Source of the DNA: Candidatus Nanopelagicales bacterium
Lineage (GTDB): Bacteria > Actinomycetota > Actinomycetes > S36-B12
Direction of reading: 5' to 3'
DNA length: 64,000 bases
NCBI GenBank assembly: GCA_021741645.1
Contig: JAIOXK010000002.1
Location: 23,982-87,981 of the forward strand
This document shows, piece by piece, positions 1 to 9,285 of the stretch; the stretch's first letter is position 1, and each line of letters opens with the position of its first letter. The notes under the pieces were generated by a model. The model made no database searches. It saw only the letters and a list, made by a program, of their open reading frames with translations, and was not told the DNA's origin. The position numbers and the translations under genes were made by a program.

Positions 1-11
1 TTGGTAGCAGA

Positions 12-314
12 GTGAACGAGTACCTCGTCGTCCTCGACTTCGACGTGCCCCCGCTCCCCGACGAAGAGCTGGCGAGCCTTCGGCTACGCGAGGCCGAGCG
101 CTCGCAGGAGCTCCAGAACCTGGGCATCATCACTGGGCTGTGGCGCCTTCCTGGGCGCCGAGCATCGTGCTCGATCTGGCGGGTGCCAGATGCAGACGCT
201 CTCCACGAGGCCTTGACCTCGCTTCCGTTCTGGCCCTGGATGTCGGCAACGGTCACACCGTTGGCCCGGCACCCGAACTGGGGCGGAGGTCCCCATGCCG
301 CTGCTGGGTGTTGA
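12..314 (+). CDS. Muconolactone delta-isomerase family protein
   Basis: ~100 aa; EYLVVLD...REAERSQELQ..G....LWRLPG....SIW......LHEALTSLPFWPWM...VTPLARHPN matches the CatC/MIase pattern. Confidence 0.8.
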   Translation: MNEYLVVLDFDVPPLPDEELASLRLREAERSQELQNLGIITGLWRLPGRRASCSIWRVPDADALHEALTSLPFWPWMSATVTPLARHPNWGGGPHAAAGC

Positions 315-1158
315 CACGTACACCTTCCACCGCAGGTTCGGGGTCGAACGGACGACACGTAGACCCCCGTGCACGACATGGACCGTTTCTGAGCTCGTTC
401 AGGCGGTGGCTGAGCTGAGCCCGGACATCGTGAGTTACCAGACGATGTTCCTGCCGGACTCCTCCAGTGCCGCATGTGCTGCCGCGGTGGGGGTGATCCG
501 TACAGGCCCGGCGGCGATGTTCTCGTGGGGCGGGGATCTCGGGCTAGACGGCGGGCGCCGCCCGGAGCGCCTGAACGATCTCGCCGCCTGGTGCCGACAC
601 TCAGAGACCGTAGGGGCGAACCTCATGCGCATCGTGATCGGCGGACCTCGAACGAGACTCGAGACGTCCTTCGACCAACGGCTCGAGCTGCTCGCACCTC
701 TCCTTCGCGCGGCGTGCACGATCGCCGAGACCTACGGCGTGGCCCTCGCGATCGAGACGCACGCCGACAACACGGTGACCGAACTCCTCGAGATCATTGA
801 GGTGACGGGCCACCCCGGGATGGGCGTCGTGCTCGATGTGGCCAATGCTGTCCGCGTCCTGGACGATCCCCTGTTGGCGGCGGATGCCCTCCGAGGCTCG
901 CTCAGGATGCTGCACATCCGTGACCTTCCGCTCCGTGTGCTGCGCGACGAGGCCACTGCCGGGGAGCCGTGCGTGCCTCCGGGGTACGGCTCCATTCCGC
1001 TGAAGGACCTGCTGGATCAGCTTCGAGTGGCTACCTTCCGCGGCATCCTCGCCCTCGAGTACGTCGCCCTCACCGAGGACTGGCCCGACGAGGTTGAGGC
1101 GACGCGTGCGGGCATGGCATGGCTGAGGTCGACGACCACGGAATGGAGCACCGCATGA
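295..1158 (+). CDS. Sugar phosphate isomerase/epimerase (xylose isomerase-like TIM barrel)
   Basis: Metal ligands ETH, LDVAN, HIRD and LEY typical of the AP-endonuclease-2/IolE-like family. Confidence 0.8.
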   Translation: MPLLGVDTYTFHRRFGVERTTRRPPCTTWTVSELVQAVAELSPDIVSYQTMFLPDSSSAACAAAVGVIRTGPAAMFSWGGDLGLDGGRRPERLNDLAAWCRHSETVGANLMRIVIGGPRTRLETSFDQRLELLAPLLRAACTIAETYGVALAIETHADNTVTELLEIIEVTGHPGMGVVLDVANAVRVLDDPLLAADALRGSLRMLHIRDLPLRVLRDEATAGEPCVPPGYGSIPLKDLLDQLRVATFRGILALEYVALTEDWPDEVEATRAGMAWLRSTTTEWSTA

Positions 1159-2096
1159 GAGTCACAGTTCTGGGCGGCACGAGATTCATGGGCCGGCGGA
1201 TCGTCTCAAACCTCGTCCGCGATGGCCACGACGTCACGATCGTGCACAGGGGAAGCCACGCGGGTTCGGCCACCTCTGGCGCGGCGGAGATCATCGGCGA
1301 CCGCTCCGACCCGCGAGTGCTCGCGGCCGTCAGGGAGTCCGAGCCGGACGCGGTCGTCGACATGTCCGCGTACACCGCTCAGCAGTGCGCTGAACTTCTG
1401 GAGGTCGTGGGGGACGTGCCGCGCTGGGTGCACTGCTCAACAGGGGCCGTCTACGAGCCGAGTCCCATCTTCCCCTGGGTCGAGGACGCGCCTTCCGGCC
1501 CCTGGCCCCTTTGGGGGCAGTATGGAGTGGAGAAGCTGGAGTGTGAGCGCCTGCTCCGCGAGCGGCGTCCGTCGCACGTGACCGTCGCCTTCAGGCCTCC
1601 CTATGTGCTCGGCCCGGGCAACTACGCCCCCCGCGAGGAGTTCATACTCAATCGACTCCTCGACGGGGTTGAGATCCTCATCCCGGGCGATGGGCAGGCC
1701 CTCCTTCACATGGTGTCGTACGACGAGATCGGGCAGATGTTCGCGCGTGCCGTGGTCCACCCCCTCCCAACCGGCTTCCACGCGTTCAACGCGACCGGAC
1801 CAAACTGCGTCTCAAGCCTTGGGCTCGTTCACCTCCTCGCGGAGATGAGCGGCACAACACCCCAGGTCCGACACGTCAGTCGTCCCCCGGACGGAACGCC
1901 ATTCAACACAGCAGATCACGTCTTCCCCTTCCCCGACGTGCCCTACGTTCTGGACGGTTCGCGACTGGTCGAGCATGGGCTCGTCCCCGTGCCGACTCCA
2001 CTCGTCGACGTTCTCCACGAGTCGTTCGAGTACCTCATGCACAATCCCCCTCGCCGCCTGTGGGCCCGCACCGCGGCGGAGCTCGCGGCCACGTAG
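1155..2096 (+). CDS. NAD-dependent epimerase/dehydratase family protein
   Basis: ATG at 1155 overlaps the upstream TGA; VLGGTRFMG Rossmann motif, YGVEK (YxxxK), RPPYVLGP. Confidence 0.85.
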   Translation: MRVTVLGGTRFMGRRIVSNLVRDGHDVTIVHRGSHAGSATSGAAEIIGDRSDPRVLAAVRESEPDAVVDMSAYTAQQCAELLEVVGDVPRWVHCSTGAVYEPSPIFPWVEDAPSGPWPLWGQYGVEKLECERLLRERRPSHVTVAFRPPYVLGPGNYAPREEFILNRLLDGVEILIPGDGQALLHMVSYDEIGQMFARAVVHPLPTGFHAFNATGPNCVSSLGLVHLLAEMSGTTPQVRHVSRPPDGTPFNTADHVFPFPDVPYVLDGSRLVEHGLVPVPTPLVDVLHESFEYLMHNPPRRLWARTAAELAAT

Positions 2097-2323
2097 CGGA
2101 TGTCGCGATCAGCGCAGGCCGAGCCTTGCCCGAGTCACGGTCAGCGATCGCGGCCCGCGCCACACAGTCCGCCGCTAGGAGCGCCCAGGTTCGGCCTCCT
2201 AACCGGCGTGGCGGGCCCATCGAGGCGCCGACCTGCCGATCGCTTCCTACGCCGGACTGAACTGCCGACGACTAGCGCACGCCCACGCATTCCGCGAGGA
2301 AATCAGCGGGATTAGTCTCAAGA

Positions 2324-2557
2324 CCGGGGCATCGGCGGCGCTGCAACGGACGATGCGGACACCTTGACTGAAGTCCCCCATCGACGTAGCCAGTTGAAGC
2401 GCAACGGTTTTCGACCGCGAGCAGCCTCGGGGAATTGAGCCCCGGACCTACGCATTACGAGCCGTTCGCAAGCCCCCTGAGCCTACGCTCTTACTCGTGC
2501 ATACTCCGGGCTACCCCGGCATGTTCGGCCATATCTGCGCCTTGTTCCGGGGCATTC
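2324..2557. repeat. attP-like junction unit, copy 1 (degenerate)
   Basis: Homologous to 18301-18603 and 27048-27350; tRNA-Thr fragment with CCGGGGCAT arm repeats at 2324 and 2547 (the latter 86 nt from the fragment end, as in the other copies). Confidence 0.8.
2419..2461 (-). tRNA. 3'-half fragment of tRNA-Thr(CGT), mutated; att core, not a functional tRNA
   Basis: Reverse complement CTCGTAATGCGTAGGTCCGGGGCTCAATTCCCCGAGGCTGCTC: anticodon loop, mutated T-arm and acceptor 3' strand; no D arm. Confidence 0.75.
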
Positions 2558-2750
2558 CGCGACTCCCACGTCGAGAATCCACGGACCTCATGCCCGGCGC
2601 TTCAGCTGAACTCGGCACGCTTGCTCTGACGAAGCGAGTCGTCCACCACGTGCCCGAATTGGCGCCGTAAGCGTTGCAGAGGGTGGGCCTGTCAACGCCG
2701 ACTGAAAACTGACCCCCTGGCGATGATCGAAAATTGACCCCTCTCGGTGG

Positions 2751-3545
2751 CTATTCGGTCTTGGCGGGTGGGGTGCGGCCGAGGTCGCGGTCCTTGAGGC
2801 GGTAGCTGTCGCCTTTGATGGGGACGATGTCGGCGTGGTGGACGAGGCGGTCGATCATGGCGGCGGCGACGGTGTCGTCGCCGAAGACCTCGCCCCAGCG
2901 GCTGAAGGGCTTGTTCGACGTGACGATGACGGACGCCCTTTCGTAGCGGGCGGAGATGAGCTGGAAGAACAGGTTCGCTGCCTCGGGTTCGAAGGGCAGG
3001 TAGTCGATCTCGTCGATGATCAGCAGCGGGATCCGGCCCAGGCGCTTGAGCTCGTCGGGGAACCTGCCCGCGTGGTGGGCGTCGGCCAGGCGGGTGACCC
3101 ATTCGGCGGCGGTCGCGAACTCGACGCGGTGCCCGGCGTGACAGGCCTTGATCGCCAGGCCAGTGGCGAGGTGGGTCTTCCCGGTGCCGGGCGGTCCGAG
3201 GAAGATCACGTTCTCTCTCGCGGTGATGAAGTCCAGAGTTCCGAGGTGGGCGATCTGGTCGCGCTTGATGCTCGAGGCGTGGGCGTAGTCGAACTCCTCG
3301 AGGGACTTGCGGGCGGGGAACTTCGCGGCCTTCACGCGCAGCTCTCCGCCGTGCGCGGACCTCGCGGTGACCTCCCGCTCGAGGCAGGCGGCGAGGAACT
3401 GCTCATGGGACCAGCCCTCCGAGCGTGCCCGATCCGCGAGGCGGTCGATGGCCTGGCGCATCGTGGGGGCCTTCAACGCGCGGGTCAGATACGCCAGCTC
3501 CGCGGTCACGTCCGGCGCCGTGGCCGTCGTGGTTCGGGCGGCCAT
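2751..3545 (-). CDS. istB: IS21 helper ATPase IstB
   Basis: GPPGTGKTHLA Walker A, LLIIDE Walker B, TSNKPFSRWGEVFGD, IDRLVHHA. Confidence 0.95.
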   Translation of the reverse strand: MAARTTTATAPDVTAELAYLTRALKAPTMRQAIDRLADRARSEGWSHEQFLAACLEREVTARSAHGGELRVKAAKFPARKSLEEFDYAHASSIKRDQIAHLGTLDFITARENVIFLGPPGTGKTHLATGLAIKACHAGHRVEFATAAEWVTRLADAHHAGRFPDELKRLGRIPLLIIDEIDYLPFEPEAANLFFQLISARYERASVIVTSNKPFSRWGEVFGDDTVAAAMIDRLVHHADIVPIKGDSYRLKDRDLGRTPPAKTE

Positions 3546-4777
3546 CAGGCGACCGTCTCGTGCAGGCCGAATGCCCGGTCGTAGTCGGCCAGCGACCGGA
3601 CCTGCACGTCATCATCGGCGGGGACCGGTCCGGCGATCCGCCCGGCCCGCAGTCGCATCGCCGTCGCTGCCGCCGCATGAATCGGGTCGGTGATCGTCTG
3701 ATGCCAGCCCCAATGCCGGTCGTGGACGCCGACGACACGGTCGCCCCAGCGGACCGTCACCGTCGTCAGGTCCGCGAGGATGTCGATGCGGCGACCGATC
3801 GCGATGGGGTCGACGGAGTAGTCGTTCGACCCGATCCGCACGTAGTGGTCCCGCGGCAGCCGGGTCGACGCCGTCCAGCCCAGCCGCGGCATCACCGGCG
3901 GCAGGGTCAGCATCGCGGACCGGTCCGCCTCCAGCCGGTCGAACGGCCGGCAGCCCAGCGTGCGATGCATCCGCATGATCGCCTTGTCGTTCAGACAGGC
4001 GGACAGCTGGGCGTTGAAGTCCACCGGCGAGGTGAACGTCCGGCCGGGCAGGAACGAGGTCTCCAGATAGCCGTTGAACCGCTCGACCAGCCCCTTGGCC
4101 TCCGGGTCGCCGGGCTTGCAGATGATCACCTTGACCCCGAGCATCCCGCGGAACGCCTCGAACTCGTCGCCGAGCTTGACCTTCCCGCCGCGGCGTGAGC
4201 TCAGCGCGGACTCCCCTTCCCAGACCAGCGCCCGCGGGACCGAGCCCCAGCCCGACAGCACGTCCCAGTGACCAGCGATCAGGTCCTCGGCCTGCCGCGT
4301 GGGGATCATCACCGCGCCCGGCAGCCGCGAATACCCCGACGTCATCGTCAGCACCGGCAGCCTCGCGACCTGGCCGAGACCGACCGGGATGTCGACCGGC
4401 GGGAACCACAGATCGCATTGCGCGAGCTCCCCGGGCGCGTACGACGTCCGCGACGCCGGATCCCGCGGCGCATAGATCGGCCGCAGTTCGGCCACCCGTG
4501 CACGGAACACGCTGATCGACCGAGTCCAGCCCACCCGTTCGGCGATCACCGTCGCCGGCATGTCCGGGAACTCCGCCAGCAGCTCCCGGATCCTCGGATC
4601 GAACGCGTCGACCGCCGACCCCCTGGGCGGCCGCTCATACTTCGGCGGCTCATCACACGCCAACGCGCTCTTCACCGTGTTCTTCGAGATCCCCAACCGG
4701 CGGGCGATCGCCTTGATCGGCATCCCCTCCGCCCGATGCAGCCGACGGATCTCTGCCCAGTTCTCCACACTGATCAC
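3545..4777 (-). CDS. istA: IS21 transposase IstA
   Basis: N-terminal HTH (IKAIARRLGISKNTV), PGELAQCDLW, KGLVER; overlaps the istB start. Confidence 0.95.
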   Translation of the reverse strand: MISVENWAEIRRLHRAEGMPIKAIARRLGISKNTVKSALACDEPPKYERPPRGSAVDAFDPRIRELLAEFPDMPATVIAERVGWTRSISVFRARVAELRPIYAPRDPASRTSYAPGELAQCDLWFPPVDIPVGLGQVARLPVLTMTSGYSRLPGAVMIPTRQAEDLIAGHWDVLSGWGSVPRALVWEGESALSSRRGGKVKLGDEFEAFRGMLGVKVIICKPGDPEAKGLVERFNGYLETSFLPGRTFTSPVDFNAQLSACLNDKAIMRMHRTLGCRPFDRLEADRSAMLTLPPVMPRLGWTASTRLPRDHYVRIGSNDYSVDPIAIGRRIDILADLTTVTVRWGDRVVGVHDRHWGWHQTITDPIHAAAATAMRLRAGRIAGPVPADDDVQVRSLADYDRAFGLHETVA

Positions 4778-5059
4778 TCCCCAATCGTTGAGGAGGGGTC
4801 AGAATTCAATCCTCGCTGCGGGGTCAGTATTCAGAGATCGCTGACAGGGCCTGGCCGCCAACGCTGCGGTGCGCAGCCCATAGGTGGTGAGGAGCTGCCA
4901 ATGGCCCATTCGACTGCGCTGTTCGCATGAGCCGATCGACCGGCGGGGTTCTGCAGTTGGGCCGAGCCGGTTGCGAACGAACTCCGATGCGCTCCCGGCG
5001 TGCCTCGCAAAGCTGCGGTGTAGGACCTCCCGGCGTGAGTCGGTAGGTAGGCTCGGGCC

Positions 5060-5860
5060 ATGGAGAATCCAGCACCTGCCCCTGACTGGGTGACGTTGCT
5101 GACGCTTGAGCAGTCGAGTTTCGTGCCGAAGTACATTCAGCTTGCCGATCGGCTTCGCAACGCCCTGCAGGCACTCCCCGAAGGAACCACGGTTCCCAGT
5201 GAGAAGGAACTGATGGACCTCACCGGTGTGGGTAGGGCTACCGCAAGGGCCGCCGTCACCGAGCTCGTCCGGGAAGGGCTCCTCGTCGCGCACCGCGGAC
5301 GCGGGACCTTCAAGCAACGAGCGCGACTCGACACAAGTCTGGCAAGGCCGAGCGGCTTTTCGGAATCGATGACGGCGTTGGGGCGCAAGCCCAGCAGTCG
5401 CGTTCTCTCGGTAACAACCCTTCCGGCCAACGAGTCTTTTGCGGGCCGCCTCGGGGTCGATGTCGGGACGAGTCTGCTCTGCATCGAGCGCCTCCGGCTC
5501 ATAGATGATGAGCCTTGCATGCTGGAGCGTACGCACCTGATCGCTGGACTCGTGCCCGGACTGGCTGAACTCGACCTCACCGGCTCGTTGTACGAGATCC
5601 TTCGCGTGAGGTACGGACTGGTTCCTTCGCGCGGCACCGAGTCCATCCTGTCGCTCAACGCGGACGCGCACGTTGCTCACATTCTGGGCGTCCCCATTGC
5701 CGCTGCGGTTCTCGCGACGACTCGCGTGACCCACACATCGTCCGGGAGTCCGGTCGAGTACACGTTGCGTCACGCGCGCGGTGACCTGTGCTCGTTCACG
5801 GTCTCCCTGGATTCGGGTCCGGCTGCGGACGGCAGTCCCGTGGGCCTGCTGGTCAGCTAG
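5060..5860 (+). CDS. GntR (HutC/UTRA) transcriptional regulator
   Basis: PSEKEL...GVGRATARAAV..L..EGL....GRGTF wHTH plus UTRA domain. Confidence 0.9.
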   Translation: MENPAPAPDWVTLLTLEQSSFVPKYIQLADRLRNALQALPEGTTVPSEKELMDLTGVGRATARAAVTELVREGLLVAHRGRGTFKQRARLDTSLARPSGFSESMTALGRKPSSRVLSVTTLPANESFAGRLGVDVGTSLLCIERLRLIDDEPCMLERTHLIAGLVPGLAELDLTGSLYEILRVRYGLVPSRGTESILSLNADAHVAHILGVPIAAAVLATTRVTHTSSGSPVEYTLRHARGDLCSFTVSLDSGPAADGSPVGLLVS

Positions 5861-6765
5861 CCAGGGACGTCAAGCCCGTCCCACATGTGGAGGGCCTCCA
5901 CGAATGCGGGCGCCTGGACGATGCGGGCCGCTGCTCGGCAGCCGAAGTGGGCTGCTTCGCTGAGATTGAGGCCACGAATCAGCGCGACCGCGAGTGCCGC
6001 GTTGAACGCGTCCCCGGCGCCGCTGGTGTCCACGACCCGCACGGGCACCGCGGGCACGATCACGGCCTGCCCCCCGCGAGATTGAATGAGCGCCCCGCGG
6101 CTGCCCAGCGTGATGACAACCGCGTGGGCGCCCAGTTCGAGCAGCGCGGCGGCTTGCCGTTCCGGTTGGGTCTCCCCGGTGAGGAAGTGCGCTTCAGTCT
6201 CGTTGGGGGTGACGACGTCGCAGAGGGGGAGGAGCGGGGAGATGGCGGCCGGTTCGGTTGCCGGTGCCGGATTGAGTATTGCGAGTACTCCACTGGCGCG
6301 GGCCACGTTGAGGGCTTGTGCCGCCGCGGACACGGGGATCTCCAGGCTCACGAGGCAGACATCACTGCTGCGGATCAGTTCTGCCCGGGAGTCGACTGTC
6401 GCTGCACTCATGGCGGACAAGGCCCCCGGTGCAATGACGATGCTGTTCTCTCCACTTGGTTCGATCATCAGTACGCCCAACATGGTCGCAGCGTCCTGGT
6501 CGATGACGACTCCGGCGACGTCCACTCCGTGGTCGCGCAGCGTCGCGGTGGCAAGGTCTCCCATCGGGTCACTGCCAATGGCAGTGATGATGCATGACGT
6601 GCCTCCGAGCTTGGCGGCTCCGATGGCTTGATTCGCTGCCTTGCCTCCGCCTACATAACTCAGGTTGTCGCTGATCAGTGTTTCGCCGACCAGTGCGCTT
6701 CGCGGCACCCGGAAGCTGAGTCCGACCCCGGACCCTCCGACGGTGCACACTCGGCCAGGCTTCAC
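5857..6765 (-). CDS. Ribokinase/PfkB family carbohydrate kinase
   Basis: GGKAANQA, PNETEA and DTSGAGDAF PfkB signatures. Confidence 0.9.
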   Translation of the reverse strand: MKPGRVCTVGGSGVGLSFRVPRSALVGETLISDNLSYVGGGKAANQAIGAAKLGGTSCIITAIGSDPMGDLATATLRDHGVDVAGVVIDQDAATMLGVLMIEPSGENSIVIAPGALSAMSAATVDSRAELIRSSDVCLVSLEIPVSAAAQALNVARASGVLAILNPAPATEPAAISPLLPLCDVVTPNETEAHFLTGETQPERQAAALLELGAHAVVITLGSRGALIQSRGGQAVIVPAVPVRVVDTSGAGDAFNAALAVALIRGLNLSEAAHFGCRAAARIVQAPAFVEALHMWDGLDVPG

Positions 6766-7532
6766 TAGTACATGCTCCGTCCGCCGTCGACATTGATCAA
6801 CTGCCCTGTCAGGTAGGAGGCCTCGTCCGAGGCCAGGAACGCGATGGCGCCGACAACGTCTTCGGGTGCGCCGATCCTCTTGATCGCCTGGTCTCGACGA
6901 GACTGAAGAGTCTCCTCCCTGTCGAGCACCCCCTCCTCAAAGTACTGCTCGAATCCCTCCGTCAGAGTCTTTCCAGTGGAGACGGCATTGACGGTGATCC
7001 CGTCGTCCCCAAGGGCACGCGCCAGCGATCGCGTCAGGCCGATGAGCGCCCCCTTGCTGGCGGCGTAGTGGGCGAGGTGAGATGACCCGGTGAGGAAGGT
7101 GGCACTGGCCATCGAGATGATCCGCCCCCAGCCCTCTGCCTGCATCCCCGGGGCAAAGGCCTTCGCGGTGAGCCACGCCGCCCTGACATTGACGTCGAAA
7201 ACGTTCTCCCACGTCTCCAGCGTGACCTCGTCCCATGCCCTCCACGGGAAGACCGCTGCGTTGTTAACGACGATGCTGACCGTGCCAAGGTCCCGCTGGA
7301 CTTGAGTCGCCATGTCGAGGATCTGCGCGGGGTCGGCAAGGTCCGCCGCCACGGTGATGGCACGCACGCCTGATGCTCGTATCGCCCGTGCGACGTCCTC
7401 GGCCTGGTCGGGATGGGATCGATAGTTGACGGCGACGTCTGCACCTCCACGTGCCAGGCGCAAGGCGGTTGCCCGCCCGATGCCTTGGGAGGCGCCCGTC
7501 ACGAGCGCAACCTTCCCCGTGAGCGCGGGCAT
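6765..7532 (-). CDS. SDR family NAD(P)-dependent oxidoreductase
   Basis: TGASQGIG, NNAA, YAASK. Confidence 0.92.
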   Translation of the reverse strand: MPALTGKVALVTGASQGIGRATALRLARGGADVAVNYRSHPDQAEDVARAIRASGVRAITVAADLADPAQILDMATQVQRDLGTVSIVVNNAAVFPWRAWDEVTLETWENVFDVNVRAAWLTAKAFAPGMQAEGWGRIISMASATFLTGSSHLAHYAASKGALIGLTRSLARALGDDGITVNAVSTGKTLTEGFEQYFEEGVLDREETLQSRRDQAIKRIGAPEDVVGAIAFLASDEASYLTGQLINVDGGRSMY

Positions 7533-7535
7533 CTG

Positions 7536-8297
7536 CTAGCCCCTCTTCAGGACGTGCTGCTCGTAGGCCGCGATGCACTCGTCGAACCGCTGCTCGCTGC
7601 GCTCGTGACCCACCAGGTGAGGACTTGCGAACACCAGCGGGTGACCTCCAAGTTGCAGCAGAGTGGAGGCCGTGCCAGCCGTGATCGCGTCCATCACTGC
7701 GAGGTTGAGCACGCTTGCACTGGCGCCCACTCGCTCATCCAAACCATCCAGTTCGACGAGTGCATCCCCAACGGGGACCTGGTTGTCGATCGTCAGGTCG
7801 GCAATGTCGGCCAGCCGGCGAGCCCCGCTGCGCTCCTCGGAGGCCGCTCGCGAGTAGGCGCCGCTGGTGACGGCGATGACGGTGAGTCCAGCTTCCAGGG
7901 CGGCGTCGGCGAAGTCCATGATGACGTGCTCGACGCCGCTGGAGCTGAAGATGATGACGGCGTCTCCGGTGCGAGTGTCGGCTTCGTCGAAGATCACCTT
8001 CCCGTAGCCCGGGACACGTTCCAGGAACAGGGCCTGACGCAGGCCGCTGCCCCCCACCACGGGCGTGAAGTAGGTGACGGCGAGTTCGACGATGGGGTGG
8101 AACCCGACGACGGCGCCGATGCGGGGGTACGCCTCCTCGCACATCATGCGCGAGTGCCCGGCGCCGAACACGTGGACCACGCCACCGCGATGGATTGTCT
8201 CGGCGCAGCGGTCGGCAGCGCCTTGGATCGCTGCGGCCTGGTGGCGAAGCAGGGTGACACGTTCGGCGATGGCGTTGAGGTAGGTGAGGGAGGTCAC
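7536..8297 (-). CDS. SIS-domain sugar isomerase
   Basis: VFGAGHS, IFSSSG, DNQVPVGDA; GTG start at 8297 after an AGGAG RBS. Confidence 0.85.
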   Translation of the reverse strand: MTSLTYLNAIAERVTLLRHQAAAIQGAADRCAETIHRGGVVHVFGAGHSRMMCEEAYPRIGAVVGFHPIVELAVTYFTPVVGGSGLRQALFLERVPGYGKVIFDEADTRTGDAVIIFSSSGVEHVIMDFADAALEAGLTVIAVTSGAYSRAASEERSGARRLADIADLTIDNQVPVGDALVELDGLDERVGASASVLNLAVMDAITAGTASTLLQLGGHPLVFASPHLVGHERSEQRFDECIAAYEQHVLKRG

Positions 8298-8328
8298 GGG
8301 CTTCTCCTGTGTGTGGGTGGTCGTCGGA

Positions 8329-9285
8329 TCATGCGGGGGTAAAGGACAGTGCGCGGGCGGGATTAGTGGTGAGGAATGCGTCGACGACGGATGCTCCGAG
8401 TTCGTCGCGGAACCTTGCGGCAAGGAGGGTCAGGACCCCAGCCATGCCAGGAGCGCCGGCGGTGCGGCGCAGAGATCGCCGTGCGATGTCACCGCCCAGG
8501 ACGATGCGGTCGGCGTGACCGTGGGTCACCAGGACCTTGACGGCGTTGACGACGTCACTGAGGGGCCGGTACTTCTCCCGGAACAGCCCGTCGATGCAGA
8601 TGGTGGCGCCCTGCTCGGCAACCGCGGTGAACGTGGCGAGATCCGGGGCTCGGTCAAGATGGCTCAGGATGACGCTCTCCGCCGGAACCCCCGCGTCACC
8701 CAGGAGGGCTAGCTGCTCCAGCGCATAGGTGCCGTGCTCCGTGTGCGTCAGTACTGGAAGCGCCGTGAGGTGATGCACCTCAGCGACGGCCCTCAACCAC
8801 TGCCGCTCCTGCGGCCGTGCCGCCCAGTAGCTGGTCGCGACTTTCAGCAGGCCGGGTCGCACACCGGTCGGTTCGCGATCCGGTGTCGGCTCGCCATCAT
8901 TCGCATCTATGCCGGCGACACACTCATGCAGCAGCAAGGCCACGAGCTGATCATGGCTCGCCGAGCGCGCCCAGTGGCTGGCCGCGTAGTAGGAGTCGGT
9001 GTGGAAACCGGATGTCGCGATGATCTTCACTCCGGTCGCTCTGCTCGCGCGCTGGAGTATCAGCGGGCGACGGCCGCAGCCAGCGGGAAGGGCGTCCACG
9101 ACCGCACCACCACCCTCGTCATGGAAGGCGTCGAGCTCGGCCACGGCCTCGTCCTCGTCGTCGAGAAGAAGGTCCGGGTCACGCTCTACCGCTGGTCCGC
9201 CCGCAATGATGAGGTGGTCGTGGGTATCCACCGCGCCGAGGGATGCAGGGTCGAGGTCTCCTAGGACGGTCCGCACGACCCTCAT
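8329..9285 (-). CDS. Phosphotriesterase-like amidohydrolase/lactonase
   Basis: VRTVLG, HDH, bridging K (LLKVA), THTE, SHLD and GGD metal ligands. Confidence 0.88.
   Translation of the reverse strand: MRVVRTVLGDLDPASLGAVDTHDHLIIAGGPAVERDPDLLLDDEDEAVAELDAFHDEGGGAVVDALPAGCGRRPLILQRASRATGVKIIATSGFHTDSYYAASHWARSASHDQLVALLLHECVAGIDANDGEPTPDREPTGVRPGLLKVATSYWAARPQERQWLRAVAEVHHLTALPVLTHTEHGTYALEQLALLGDAGVPAESVILSHLDRAPDLATFTAVAEQGATICIDGLFREKYRPLSDVVNAVKVLVTHGHADRIVLGGDIARRSLRRTAGAPGMAGVLTLLAARFRDELGASVVDAFLTTNPARALSFTPA

Larger units (their letters stand above)
2690..4846 (-). mobile_element. IS21-family insertion sequence
   Basis: Ends TGTCAACGCCGACTGAAAACTGACCCC / GGGGTCAGTATTCAGAGATCGCTGACA with internal repeats; 5-bp target duplication GGGCC at 2685-2689 and 4847-4851; istA-istB inside. 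Confidence 0.95.
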
